From Rebecca billardiae RCC1528 (taxonomy: Eukaryota; Protista; Haptophyta): a stretch of 64,000 bases of DNA. Position numbers and translations under genes: made by a program. The notes below the pieces were generated by a model. That model saw nothing but the letters and a program-made list of their open reading frames with translations, was not told the DNA's origin and ran no database searches. The stretch is taken from the NCBI GenBank assembly GCA_965240325.2, contig OZ251226.1, positions 2,232,001 to 2,296,000 of the forward strand. The letters are read 5' to 3'. Below are positions 1 through 12,510 of this stretch, in pieces (within the stretch, counting starts at the first letter, position 1; each line of letters opens with the position of its first letter).

Positions 1-487
1 CGAGCGGCGCACCGCCACCAGTGCTCCCGCCGGGCGCGGCCGCCGATGACGGCAGCGTGTAGCCGCAGAAGACGTGTTGACGCGCGAGTGCGCGCAGCTC
101 ATCGTCCGAGCACTCGCCCAGGCTGCCGCGGTGCGCGAGGTCCGGGCGCGCGAGCGGGATGCGCAGGTCGATGAAGATGGAGGGCGTCTGCATGTTGTGC
201 ACGCGCTCGTCCGCGTCCGTCGTGTGCTCCCACCCACCAACGAAGAGAGGGCGGCTCCACACGCCCACCAGCGACGAGCACACGCGTGCCTGGGCGCGCC
301 ACGCTCGGAACTGCTCGCGTGTGGTGCCGTTGCGCAGGTGGTAGTGCGGCAGCTCGGTCTCGTCGAAAGGGAAGCCACGCTCAGGTGTGTACAGCGCTTC
401 CGCCCGCCCGCCACCCGTGAGGATGCGCCCCTGCTGCGCGGACCAGCCCAGCACGCGCGTGGACATCAGCCGGCGTGACGCCATCAT
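1..487 (-). CDS. Partial CDS (5' part; runs off the window), conserved hypothetical protein, possibly HRI1-like
   Basis: Open frame read by eye from ATG 487: MMASRRLMSTRVLGW...GVWSRPLFVGGWEHTTDADERVHNMQTPSIFIDLRIP...ELRALARQHVFCGY. The QTPSxFIDLRIP and LARQxxFxG motifs recall HRI1-like proteins. Not in the ORF track because the stop lies outside the window. Confidence 0.55.
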   Translation of the reverse strand, partial: MMASRRLMSTRVLGWSAQQGRILTGGGRAEALYTPERGFPFDETELPHYHLRNGTTREQFRAWRAQARVCSSLVGVWSRPLFVGGWEHTTDADERVHNMQTPSIFIDLRIPLARPDLAHRGSLGECSDDELRALARQHVFCGYTLPSSAAAPGGSTGGGAPL

Positions 488-854
488 CGGTGATCGGGCA
501 TTTACAGCGAGCGCCATCAGATCGCCGTCCGGCAGCGCATCTGCAGTTCTTCGTCCGGAGAACCCGCGAGCCCGCTCGCGGCCGCGTGCAGTCTGTAGCT
601 AGTGCACAGCATCAGGCCTCAGAATAGCTTACTGTACGTACTGTCACTCAGATTCACAATCACATGGGAACGTTATGATCAAGTGACAACGTGTCTGAAC
701 GCCCGCGCCAGTGACAGCCTGGCTGTCTGCTGATGACGTCTGCGCCCGCTGCCCGAGCAAGGGCTTCAGCACTGATGCTTAATGAGTAGCGTAGTCGCGC
801 TTGGCAGCAGGACGTCTGGGCTCTGGCCCGTGGAGTGCCGCGTCAGCCGCCGAG

Positions 855-3675
855 TCAGCGTGATGCGCCGGCGAGCGCCGCCCACGGCGGCGGCGGCTCG
901 TCGGGCGGCGGCACCTTCTTGGGGAAGTCGGCCCAGTACACGCGCGCCGCCTCGCCGACGACCTTGCGCACCGTGCCCGGCTCGACACCCGCGATGGCGG
1001 GCAGGCCGCCCGCGCCGCCCTCGCCTGGCGCGCCGTCGAGCGTGAGGACGACGATCGGCGGCCTCCGGCCCGGCGCCACGGCCTCGATCGCGGCGGTGAG
1101 CCGGGCCAGGTCGATCTGCGGGCCTGTGGGCGCGCGCGCGCCGCCCGCCGGCGTGGCGTCGGCGAGGACGGCGCGCACGGGCACGCGCGCGATCTGCTCA
1201 TCCTCCGCGCCGCTCGCGAGCGCGCGCGCGGTGCGCTCGCCCAGCTCCGTGGCGGTCGCCTCCAGCACCTGGTGGTGCACCATCGGCACGCGATTGTTGA
1301 ACCAGTTCTCGCGCACTTTCGGGCCGAAGATGGGGTGGCAGCACAGGCCGGGCGGGTGCCCCTCGGGCTGCGCGGCGCGGCACGGGCCCATCAGCGCGCC
1401 GACGCCGTTGTCGAACGGCCACGGCCAGCCGGGCGTCTGCCGGATGTTGTGGAAGCTTCCGGGAAACCGCGGGATCCACTGCGCGCGGCAGTCGACCAGG
1501 GGCTCGACGGCCGCGCGCCCGAGCTGCGCGCCGAGGACGGCCAGCCGGGTGCGGAGCAGGCCGTTCCACTCGATGAAGGCGCGCTTGCTGTGGATCGGCG
1601 TGTGCAGCGGCGGGCCCGAGATCGCGAGCAGCCTCGGCGCCGGGCCGCGCACCAGCGGCAGCAGCGAGGGGAGGATGGCCCCCATCGGGCGCGTGCCGCG
1701 CACGCGCTGCGCGACCTCTGCCGAGACATCGTCAGACTCATAGTGCCACCACGCGAGCGACTGCATCGCCTCGGCCTTGGAGAGGCAGCCGACGAAGTGC
1801 GTGATCATCGGCGGCGTGTTGATCCAGTGCCCGCTCCACCCGGCGATCTCGCCCGTCGCAGTGCCGTGCCACGTCGAGAGCGCAGGCGCCGTGAGCAGCG
1901 CGATCGTCTCGGCCGCGGGCGCGGGCGCACCCGGCAGCGAGGCGCCATCCCGGTCTGGCAGGATCGAGCCGCGGCCGGCGCGCGAGAGAGGCAGGTTGAG
2001 CTCGTGCCATGGCGGCGGCGGCTGGTCCAGCGCAGGCACGCCGTCGCGCGTCGAGCCGAGCGCGCTGCCGTGCCACGGGGCGTGCGGGGCGAGGGCAGCG
2101 GGCGGTGCGCGAGCGGTGAGCGCGCGCGCGGCGCGGGAGGGCGGCGCGGCGCAGGACTGGCGCCGCGCGCGCACGCGGTGCGCGCGCACACCGCCTGCTG
2201 GGCAGGTCCCTGAAGCGGGCGCACTCGTTCATGTCCGCGCCCGCCAGCAGCGCGTCGAAGCGCCGGCCGTCCAGCACCTTGTGAGAGGCGTAGGGCATGC
2301 GGTGGATCACCTTGCGACCGCAGAACGCTGAGGTCAGTACGTCCTGAGGGAGAGAGAGCGCGCGGTCGCACGCGCGCGCAGAGCGGCGGGCGGCGCGTCG
2401 CGCAGAGCGGCGGGCGGCGCGTGAGCGCGAGCGCGAGCGCGCGCGGCGCGGCACACAGCCGCCGCGCGCAGAGCCCGTCGACGCGCAGTCGGCGAGCGCG
2501 CGCAGCGCACGGTACCGCGCCCCGCGCTCCACACCGCGCCCGGCACGCACGCGCGCGGCGGGGCGAGCAGCGCGCGGCACCTGATAGTACTTCTGGTCGC
2601 GCGCGCCGGTGAAGGCGATGTGATGGGGCGGGCCGGTGATGCCCGCCTCGTCCATCGGCCTCCAGAACGTGCCGTTCATCCCGAACACCGCCTCGCCGCC
2701 GAGGCACACGTCCATCTCGCGGTACACCACCTCGCGCAGCACGCGCTCCACCTGTCCGCCCGGCGTGCAGTTGTGCAAGTACAGGAAGCCATTGTTCACC
2801 TCGGACGCGGCGAACGAGCCGTCGGAGGTGATCACGACGTGGTGCTTCGCCAGCGCGGCGGAGTGCAGGATCGCGTACGGGTCGCCGTGCACGATCATGT
2901 CCCCGTCGAGCGCCATCACGTTCACGCGCAGCCGGATCAGCCGGGCCAAATAATGGTGGCGGATGAACCACAGTCTCTCGATGAACGCCCACTTGGCCAC
3001 CGGGCCGTCGTCGGCCTTGCACCCCTCCATGTCCCACGAGGACCAGCCGCACGAGATGCCGTACCGCGAGGTGGCGAGCGCGTCGCAGTGCGCCTTCGAC
3101 ATCACGATCACCATCGAGTGGTCGATGCCGATGTCGCGCAGGCTGAAGAGCAGATTGGCCGCCCACGCCGTGCCCGCCTCGTTTGCGTATGTGAGCACGA
3201 GCTCGCCATTGTAGCTGCGCGTGGCCACGGCGCGCTCGAGCTCGCCCGGCGCCTCAAGGTCGCCGCCATGATACACCGCCAGCTTGCCCACGCTGCGGAA
3301 GCGCTCGCTCACCGCGTAGCCCCCAGGCGGCGGCGTGTGCATGGGCGGGTTGAGCGTTGCGTTGGATCGCAAGCCCGCCGTCGCCGCCGTCGCCGCCGCC
3401 GACGGCGCGGCGTGCTGGGCCGCGGGCGTCGCGCCGGCCAGTCGTGCAGGCGCCGAGGCAATCGCGCCCACGCTCGGCACGCTCCCCTGCGCGTCGCTCG
3501 CGAACGAGCCTGCGGGCCGCGAGGCGTGCGTGCTGGCCCACACCTGAGCGCCAAACACATTCATCTGCAAATACACGATGAGTACGGCGCCGAGGGAGGC
3601 GACGAGCACGAAGCTTTGCCAGATTGAGCCCACGCGCTCGACATCGGTGCGTGCCGTCACGGCGCGCGGCGCCAT
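855..3675 (-). CDS. Type II membrane glycosyltransferase, nucleotide-diphospho-sugar transferase (GT77-like), spliced
   Basis: ATG 3675 (MAPRAV); N-terminal TM (FVLVASLGAVLIVYL); motifs ELVLTYAN..WAANLLFSL, NVMALDGD (DxD), VNNGFLY, RDQ. GT-AG intron at 2344-2580; a second intron starts near 2191 (acceptor not resolved) and joins to ORF 855-2189. Confidence 0.75.
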
Positions 3676-3760
3676 CGGTGCGCGCACGGGAAAGCGGGAG
3701 GCTCTCACGAGCGGGCGTTGCTCGTCCGCATCCGGGCGCGGCGCCGAACTCCAGCCAAGG

Positions 3761-4859
3761 GAGTCAAGGGTGCCCGCGCCCCAGTGGCGCGCTCGCCGGA
3801 TGTGAGGATACACCTTTTTGCCCGCGGCCTGCGGCGGGCGGCGGCGAGGGCGTGCTCCGCTGGCGGGGCGAGCGCACGGGGCACGGCGCTGCGGGCGCGG
3901 ATGTGCCCGCGAAGCCGGCGCGTGCAGACGGGCTGTTGCGGGAGAGTATTCGGCGCCCTCCTGCGCCGCGCGACTTGCGCCACGCCTCTTTCGCCTCGGC
4001 TCAGAGCAGCGCGCACGCACGCGCCGCCTCAAGGCCAGCCTTGCCGCGCCGCAGCCGGCCGCGCGCGCGCCGTGCGCGGCGCGGTCGGGAAGGAACGGGC
4101 GCTGCTGCCGGGCGAGATGGCAAACGCATGTGCGCACGCCACGCCGCCCCGCGGCGCCTTGATGAGCGTGTCGTCGGTCTGTTTGCATGCCTCTTCGACT
4201 TGTCACAAATGGTGTGCACGGCTGCGCGGTCGTGACCCTTGTTGGGACGATCATTGAGACACAGAATAGTGCCAGACGGGCACGCGGGCTACTCTTACAT
4301 GCATGTTCATCACCGCGTGTTCATGTAGAAGTGCTGGGTGCGACGCTTTCCTCGCGCTGATGCTCTTTCATCATCTTCTGCGAGCTCAGGTCTGGCTTCG
4401 TGCACGACAAGTGATCAGCACTCGTCAACAGCTGTGCGGATCCGTTCTCGTGCTCTTTCGCGGCGCCGCGGGGCGGCATGGCGTGCGCACATGCGTTTGC
4501 CATCTCGCCCGGCAGCAGCGCCCGTTCCTTCCCGACCGCGCCGCGCACGGCGCGCGCGCGGCCGGCTGCGGCGCGGCAAGGCTGGCCTTGAGGCGGCGCG
4601 AGCGTGCGCGCTGCTCTGAGCCGAGGCGAAAGAGGCGTGGCGCAAGTCGCGCGGCGCAGGAGGGCGCCGAATACTCTCCCGCAACAGCCCGTCTGCACGC
4701 GCCGGCTTCGCGGGCACATCCGCGCCCGCAGCGCCGTGCCCCGTGCGCTCGCCCCGCCAGCGGAGCACGCCCTCGCCGCCGCCCGCCGCAGGCCGCGGGC
4801 AAAAAGGTGTATCCTCACATCCGGCGAGCGCGCCACTGGGGCGCGGGCACCCTTGACTC
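3761..4859. repeat. Long inverted duplication: arms 3761-4158 and 4462-4859 (398 bp each), ~300 bp spacer
   Basis: The arms are reverse complements with about 2 mismatches seen; the ORF track shows identical peptides on opposite strands. Confidence 0.95.
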
Positions 4860-5900
4860 ATTCTATGATTTAACGACACAGGTAGGACGGCGCAGGTCTC
4901 CTGATTCGTCGTCGGCAGTGCCCGATCGTCGACACGAAGTCGGCGCTGGTGGCAGAGCATAGCCTGAACCGCGATCGAATGGCTTGAGCGCGGCCTTGAG
5001 CTGCTGGAGCGCGATCCACCTGCGCTGCGCGGCTCGCATGGACCTGCTGTGCCCCGAGCGAGGGCGAGGGTGCAGGTCCGGATGTCAGACGGCCGTCTCA
5101 GCCGCTGGGCCCTGGCGGGTGATCCGGCGGTGATGTAGTCGTCCCCGTGTGCCCTGCGCGGCCGCGTGCGCGCTTGCCGCTCTGCTCAGCTGGCTTGCTG
5201 GCGGCGGCTGGCGCTGCTGCGGCGTGCAGGGTACGCTTTGCCCCCGACTGCTGCGCATCCTCGTCGTCCGAGTCGTCGTCCATGGACGAGTCTCGGTCCG
5301 CGTGGGGGACAGCAGCTGGAGCAGGCGCAGGTGCTGCGGGCAGAGAGGCCGCCAGCCGCGCCGCCTTGCGCTCCTGGCGTTTCTCGACGGCGCGCCGCGA
5401 CGAGGTGCGGCGGCTCGATGGAGATCGAATCCGCCTGCCTTGCGCGTCACGCCGAGGCCCGCGCTTCCCGCGCCGAGGCTTCTTCTTCCGCTTCTGAGAG
5501 TGCTGCTGCTCGCCGTTTGCAGCCTGCACTCCAGTACCCGAGCCCTGCGCGGCGAGCGCGCGCGCCGGCGGAGCCGACTTGCGCGCTCGGCGCGGGGCGG
5601 GATGCAGGGGAGCTTTAGAAGGCGCGCCACCACCTCCCTCGCGCCGCTGGCTGCCACCAGCGGGGGTTCCCTGTGGAGAAGCATCAGGCCCTTGTGCATC
5701 AGGCGGACGCACAGACACCGTCAGACGGACACTCCCATCTGGCAGGAGGGAGATGTGCACCGCGCGCGGGAGGCCGTCGGCGGCGGTGAGCCTTGCTGCG
5801 TCACGCCAAAGGCGGACGTAGAGGCGCACCCAACGATCCGACAGCCCCTCGGGCAGCAGCGCAGTCACGTCGAGGCCCCACTGGGCGCAGGAATTTCGGG
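4860..5900 (-). mobile_element. Putative transposable-element remnant
   Basis: Begins with a ~55-bp motif (ATTCTATGATTTAACGACACAGG...CTCCTGATTCGTC) that recurs at 22419-22473. Contains a basic, low-complexity ORF (5098-5868, KRKKKPRRGKRG). No recognisable transposase or RT motif. Confidence 0.3.
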
Positions 5901-7487
5901 TGGGGATTTTCTTTTCCGAATATGTTGGTGATGCCGTCAGAGCACCACCAACCTCTGCCGCTGGCGGCTGCGCTGACAGCGCGCTGGGCGGCGCTGGAGG
6001 GGCGAGATGGGCGCCGACTGCGCGCCCTCCTGCGGTAGTTGCGTGCCCGCGAAGGCGGTGCGCGTGGTTGAGCGCGGCTGAAGAGCAGCCATTTGCGTCG
6101 TTCTACCGCTCGCCGTTCGGAATCACTGCATCCGCCGCGCCTCAGGCCATCGCGTGCGCCGCACCAACAAGGAAGTTGTGTGCATTCCTCGGCTGACTGC
6201 ACGCGTGCCGCGAGCAGCGGCGTCGGCGTCCGGCACTTGGTTGCACCGGGCAATGTCCAGGTAGTTTATGCACGCGGCATCGCTCGTCACAGTACGCTGC
6301 CTGGCATACGCATCTGCACGGGTCACACAGCCGTCAAAAGGCATGATCGAGCATCACGCAGCGGTTGGCATCGACCTACGGCGAGGGTCATGTGAGCATG
6401 CAAAGCACGGACATGCGCCCTTCTGGATAGTGATGTAGTGAGCATATTCCCGCGTGAAAGGAGCGCGCGCCATTCAGGCACCGGAAGCGGCGTCGGGGCT
6501 GGATGCTCACGTCTTAGGCAGGCTGATGCTGCCTTCCGGCTGCACGGGTGCGTCTATCAAGGCTGACCGTGTGTGCACGATGCGCACCGTCAAGTTCGAC
6601 ACGAACGTCCAGACGTGAGCTACTGCTTGACAAGGTAGTATACACACATTCATACACGCGCCGTGTCATCCGAGGAGGCACATACACGCAGGCCATCATG
6701 GGCCTCGTTCAGGTATATTCTGCATCAGCACGCATGCATGCACGTACTAGCTCGGGCCAAGATTGACGTCGGAGCACGAGTCAGGGAGTTCAATGCCGGG
6801 GCAGAGCTGGACAGCGGTCACGTGTGTGGCCACTCCGCGCGAGCGCACATGCTCCGCGTCACCGCATATCAGCATGGCGTGCGCTGCAACGTCATCGTCG
6901 GGCCAGAGCGCTTGTTCGACCAATCGGCTCGTATGAATGATGCAATCAGCACACCTGAACGCAGCTGTTCGGACCCGCGCTCATGCGCGGCGGCGCAAGG
7001 TAGCGCAGTGCGTACAGCGTAGGCCTCGCCGCGCGGAAGCGCATGCTCCGTGTGTGTCTCGCCTCGCATGGCGCACGCGGGCGAGGCTGGCCGTGTGGCG
7101 GTGTGCACAGACAAGTGCTGGCCCGAGGCAAGTACAGCCGAATGCGATGCGCGGCGCGAAGCGGCGAATGGCACTTCAGCACGACTGCCCAGCCTAGCTC
7201 GCCGGCTCTGCGCTCGCGGGATCGTCCACACGCACGGGAGCGCGGCGCCGTCGCCCGCTCGCCCGAGACGCGCGCGTCCGCCGCGCAGCGCGCGGCTGAA
7301 TAAATGCAAGGCGGAAATAAAAAGCGCGCCGATTTTCTGATTTCTCCGACCCTGGGTGCCGTGTCCCCAGTGGTTGCTCCAGCAAGCCTTGGTCAGGCTT
7401 GAGCTTGCAAAGCACCGCACCAGGCGTCCGGCTTGCTTGCGCTTCAGCAAGGGGCTTCAGTGGCTTCGTCTTTCGTCAGGCTGGAGC

Positions 7488-7904
7488 ATGGCGGAGTTGA
7501 GCAGAAGATGGGCACTCATCGTGCTCGCGCTGTGCTGGCCAGTGGGCGTGGCGGCCAAGGCCGCAAGGAACGAAGCCTTCGACGGCGAGCCGCCAGCACG
7601 CACGCCGCTCGACGTGGACAGTGAAGAGGTCGAGCAGGCCCTGCGGTACGTCATGACGGAGATGAAGCGCCTGTCCAACAAGTATCGGTACATCACGCTC
7701 ACGCGCTGCCACACTGCCGAGCAGGGCCCAGCCAACTTTGACGGTGTGAACATATTCCTCGACCTTGAATTCGACATGCTTCGTAACCAGCCGTCGCGGC
7801 ACGACGTGATCGTTTTCAAGGACGAGGACCGCTCGATCACCGGCATGGCCATCGACGAGTTCCCGGAGGTGCGCTTCCGGGAGCTGCCAGACCCGCCCGT
7901 GTGA
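7488..7904 (+). CDS. Small secreted cystatin-fold-like protein
   Basis: Signal peptide MAELSRRWALIVLALCWPVGVAA. PLDVDSEEVEQALRYVMTEMKRLSNKYRYITLTRCHTAEQG...GVNIFLDLEF follows the cystatin helix + beta pattern. Intronless. Confidence 0.6.
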   Translation: MAELSRRWALIVLALCWPVGVAAKAARNEAFDGEPPARTPLDVDSEEVEQALRYVMTEMKRLSNKYRYITLTRCHTAEQGPANFDGVNIFLDLEFDMLRNQPSRHDVIVFKDEDRSITGMAIDEFPEVRFRELPDPPV

Positions 7905-8353
7905 AGGCACTATCACTGCCCACGGCCGGTGCGAAATCGCCTTCACGGTAGTATCCACGTTATGGCGAGCGCGATGACGACGCCGGTGCGTGGGGTGTCC
8001 GCTGCCGTGCAAACAGGGATGGCCGCGGCACTACCCCGGCTCGGCGGATCGGCTGGCGCCACCCGTAGGCCGTAATTAATGACGACATTTATATATGACC
8101 GCGTTCCGCGGTCCTTTTCTGCATAGAATCAACGCAGTTGGGGGCCCGCGGTGGCCGTGCAATCGCGGCTCTCCGCCGTAGTGGCAGTTCGCCAGTTGAA
8201 GTCGGTTCTGAGATGACTGAAGCTATATTAGTCCGACCGTCGCCCTGCCTGCGCGACAGCGAGACTCATTCAGTATTCACACTTCACACAATCACAGCAG
8301 CGGACCTGAGACCGCACCCGGCACCGGTCGTCAAATCGGACGTCCGTCTGACA

Positions 8354-8500
8354 ACTAGCTGCCAAATGTCCAACTGGCTGATCAGCTCGGATCCGACCCG
8401 TCCGCGATCGTGCCATCGGCATCGGAATTACTACTAGTAGCTGCCAAACTGTGTCCAACTCTGGCTGATCAGCTCGGATCCGACCCGTCCGCGATCGTGC
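8354..8500. repeat. Direct duplication of a ~60-bp unit (about 8354-8413 and 8437-8500)
   Basis: TAGCTGCCAAA..TGTCCAACT..GGCTGATCAGCTCGGATCCGACCCGTCCGCGATCGTGCC occurs twice; the second copy has small insertions. Confidence 0.85.
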
Positions 8501-8835
8501 CGAGTGAGTCGTGCCGCGGAGCTCGGAGTACTGAAGGAGTCGGGTGTGACAGCAGGGTGCTTTAGCGCTGCGGCCCGTGCCAGCCAACGACCAGACGTAC
8601 TCTGGCCACTTGACCCGTTGCACGGGTGAGTGACCGTACGCCCTGCCTAGTGCCTACCGCGCGCGCCGCGCGACCGGCGACTCGGGGTGATGGAGAGCGG
8701 ATGGCGACAGCAGCAGCAGTCCTCATGAAGACGATGAAACTGGCGGCACGGGTGCACGAGGTGGCAGGCGAAAGCGCGCCGACGAGACCGCATTTGACAC
8801 ACCTGAGCCGCACGCGCGTGCCGTCGCCGAGCGGC

Positions 8836-9462
8836 GAGCGCTGCAAACGCGCAACCGTACCGCGCGCGCCACGACGGCGCGGCACTAGCTGATGCAGGCC
8901 GTACTGCCGGCACTGCTTCTGCGATCATGCGCCACGGTCGCAGCTGACTGCGTGAGCAGCAAGCGGGAGGCGGGTCCGGAGGCACGTGCAGGCGCCGTCC
9001 CGCATATCCGCCATCGCCCATCGTGCCGGGGCACGTCACCTCCGGAGCGCTGCAAACGCGCAACCGTACCGCGCGCGCCACGACGGCGCGGCACTAGCTG
9101 ATGCAGGCCGTACTGCCGGCACTGCTTCTGCGATCATGCGCCACGGTCGCAGCTGACTGCGTGAGCAGCAAGCGGGAGGCGGGTCCGGAGGCACGTGCAG
9201 GCGCCGTCCCGCATATCCGCCATCGCCCATCGTGCCGGGGCACGTCACCTCCGGAGCGCTGCAAACGCGCAACCGTACCGCGCGCGCCACGACGGCGCGG
9301 CACTAGCTGATGCAGGCCGTACTGCCGGCACTGCTTCTGCGATCATGCGCCACGGTCGCAGCTGACTGCGTGAGCAGCAAGCGGGAGGCGGGTCCGGAGG
9401 CACGTGCAGGCGCCGTCCCGCATATCCGCCATCGCCCATCGTGCCGGGGCACGTCACCTCCG
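8836..9462. repeat. Tandem repeat, 3 x 209 bp, apparently identical
   Basis: The unit starts GAGCGCTGCAAACGCGCAACC at 8836, 9045 and 9254; ORF peptides recur with a 209-nt period. Confidence 0.97.
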
Positions 9463-11084
9463 ACGATCCGGATGTGGCCCAGTCCGGACGTCACGCGATC
9501 CGGGAAGACGAGTACGATTCGCTCGTAACGAACCGTTACACGAATGTCACGTCCAGCTGACGTCCAGATCGCACTTTACTTAAGGGAATCAGCTGGGCGC
9601 GCTTTTTTTTGGCCTGATAGACCTCTCAATGCGATCTCAAAAACTCGAAACTCGGTCTCCGCCAGCCCAAAAAATCGCCCCCCAGTCCCTTTTTTCCGCC
9701 GCCCCCCGTCCCTTTTTTCTTGATCAAAGATCTTTTTGAAACGTGGTTCGGGCCCGCTGGTGCGGGCTCCACGCTGCGCGCTCCGCCCTGCACCGCGGGC
9801 CATAATAACTTTGACCGCGCCCGCCTCGGCCTGAACGGTCCTAGTGCTATTAAATTGTATGCTGGCAGTACTACGGGGCCACTCTTGACAGATAATCAGT
9901 CCGCGGAGTCTGAGTTATAACTGTTATTCACGACTGCTACTATTTCTGAGACTGAGTCGTCGATTCTCATTCTCAGAGCCGTTATAATTATACGCTAGCA
10001 GTTCTAGTACTACGGTAGTCTCAGGCGAGTGCAGCACGGTCCGCCGCTGTACACCGGCCCTGGCGGCCAGGCCCGGGCCCGCCCGGGGCGCCCGGGCCGG
10101 GTTCCGCGGCTCAGCTAGACGCTAGTCCGTATCGGGACCGTAGTTACAGTCGCGCCCGATCTCAATCTGTCGCCTCTCGGAGATGTTTGCCAAGCTTAAC
10201 TGATTATTACTTATTACCATTTAATTGAAAAACCATAAGCTAGCAGTTCATCGACACGGACGCGGTTCCAACATCAACAATCCCGCGACGGTAAGGACTG
10301 ACCGTCTGACGTCGACGACCGCGCACGTGGCCCACATCAGCCGCACGGACAGACATCACGGTATTTATTCCTATTAATTAATAAATTACAGCATGCATAT
10401 AGTTAGACGTTCACGGAACATCACGCTTCAGAACTGATTCCGATCCCCATATCGTCAGCCGAGTTACAGCGCGGATACGACTCGGCCAATCAGTCGGACT
10501 GACAACTCAGTGGCGGCACGGCCAGCCCGCGCCGCCCTTATGAGACTCCGAGTGGCGCCGTACTCGGCCGGCCGGCCCGGGGCCGGGGTCCGAATCCTGA
10601 GTGAGTGAGTCAGACGGCCGACCCCCTACGGTCCCTACTCTAGCCCCCTACGGCCCCAGGCCTGGCCAGGCCACACGCGGCCGCCACGGCTGCCAGGCTA
10701 AATTGACGGACGACTCACATGACACATCGCGTATTCGTCGGAGCCTTGCACTGCAGGGCAGCAGGCCAACTCGGTCTCGGAGTGCCGAGTGGCCGCATCG
10801 GAGCGGGCCGCTGCTGCGCCGGAACGGCCCTGTGAGGGCGGCCAGCTCATCCGTGTGATCGGCCCGCGGCTCGCGGCGCGGGCCGCAGCCGATCGGCGGG
10901 TCAGCAGGTCGGAGCGGGAACCTCCCGGCCGTGATTATCGACCCCCGCCACCGTCGTCGTCATCGTCTGGCGTGCACCGGCCAGAGGAAAGCGACGAGCC
11001 CAGAGGCCGTGGACGGTAAAGCGCCCACCAGCAGCGATACATATGTCTCGCGCGTCATCCGGCGCGCCAGGCGGCACAGCCGGA

Positions 11085-12079
11085 TCACCAATTAATCGAC
11101 GACAGCGCGAGGCCCACGTTGTACGAGAGCAGTGCGCACGCGCCGCCCAGCACGAGCGTCTCGAGCGCAGAGCGGAAGTAGCGCTTGTGCGCGAAGTGCG
11201 CCTTGAAGGCGCCGAGGGCGAGCAGCGTGACGCCGGTGACGATGCACGCGACGATCAGCATCGTCGTCTCGCCCGACCCGGGCTCCGCGTCGCGCAGCAC
11301 CCACGCCGTGAGCACGTACCCGAGCACGGGCAGCATTCCGAAGGACGCAAATGAGCCAAACATGACGGCGCCCTTCAGCACGGTCTGGTCGTTGTCATCT
11401 GGCGCCTGCAGGCCGAGCTCCTCGGTCATCATGAGGTTGACGAAGAACTCGGGGTACTTGGCCATCCGCACCGTCACCTCGCGCGCGTCCTCGGCCGACA
11501 TGCCCCGGTTGGTGAAGATCTCCACCACTGCAGCGCGCGTGCGCGCGCGGCGTGCGCGCGTGAGCATGAATCGCGCCAAGGGCTGGCAGGCGCGCAGCGT
11601 GCGTGTGTAGACGCGCGCGCTGCGACTCGCGCGCGCGCACTCTCGCTGATCTCGCCCGTCGGATAGTTTTCAAACTCCCACGTTTCTCGCGCGTGCTCTT
11701 CGCGCACGTATTCCCGCTCCGACTTAGAGCTGAGGTACTCGCCCACACCCATCGCGAGTGCGTCCGCGAGCACATTCGAGATACCGATCGCGAGCACCGC
11801 CTTCACGCTGAGGCCGGCGCCGGCGGCGCCGGCGACGATGGCAAATGAGGTGAGGATACCGTCGAGCCCGCCGAAGACGATGCTCTTGATGAACTCGCCC
11901 CCTTCCACGTGTGGCTCTGCGTTGTGTTCGGCTGACGGCAGCGCCTTTGTTGAGTGCGCAAGCGCGCTCGCGGACGCATCCCCTGTCTTATACGCGCTGC
12001 GCGCGCCCTCCAGGTCGCGCTGTAGGAGCGGGACCGAGTTGGTCGACCCGTTCCCGCTGGCACCCGTGGTCTTCGACAT
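11085..12079 (-). CDS. VIT1/CCC1 family vacuolar Fe/Mn transporter
   Basis: FIKSIVFGGLDGILTSFAIVAG, NVLADALAMGVGEYLSSKSE, EISEMVEIF after splicing intron 11528-11640, MMTEELGL, C-terminal TMs. Confidence 0.92.
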
Positions 12080-12510
12080 GATGCGCGGCTTCGGCGCACG
12101 ACGTGTCGAAGGTTCGTCGCCGCTTCCACCACCCTCTCTCGCCAAAGTTCGATGAGGCGCTGGCCGTGAGCAGGCACGTGAACTCGTGAAGGGCACGTGC
12201 GTGAAACTGCGGAGGTACCCTCCTGCCCTCATAGCGCGGACTCGGCCATGAGCACGCGCGAACCAGAAGAGGCTTGATCAGAAAACGGTTCAATACGGTC
12301 ACCGTAGGAGCGCGCCTACCGTTTCGGGCACTCACCCACGCGAAACTATGTTGGCTCATTCAGACGGGTATTATGCACTAGCCCAGAACCAAGAAACTTC
12401 GATTAACGTTGACGAATCAAGGGAGCGTTCCGATTCGTTGCGCCGTAACTGCGACGTCGTTTGATTATGGAAAGGCTACCCCCATACCGACTGTCGAAAT
12501 ACGAGCTCAA

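Noticed and set aside
8836-9462. Tandem array as a CRISPR array
   Set aside because: Identical 209-bp units, no spacers, no cas genes, eukaryotic context.
9578-10540. TTAAGGG-started segment as a Kolobok/piggyBac-type end paired with CCCTTAT near 10535
   Set aside because: Inverted similarity does not extend beyond about 6 bp.
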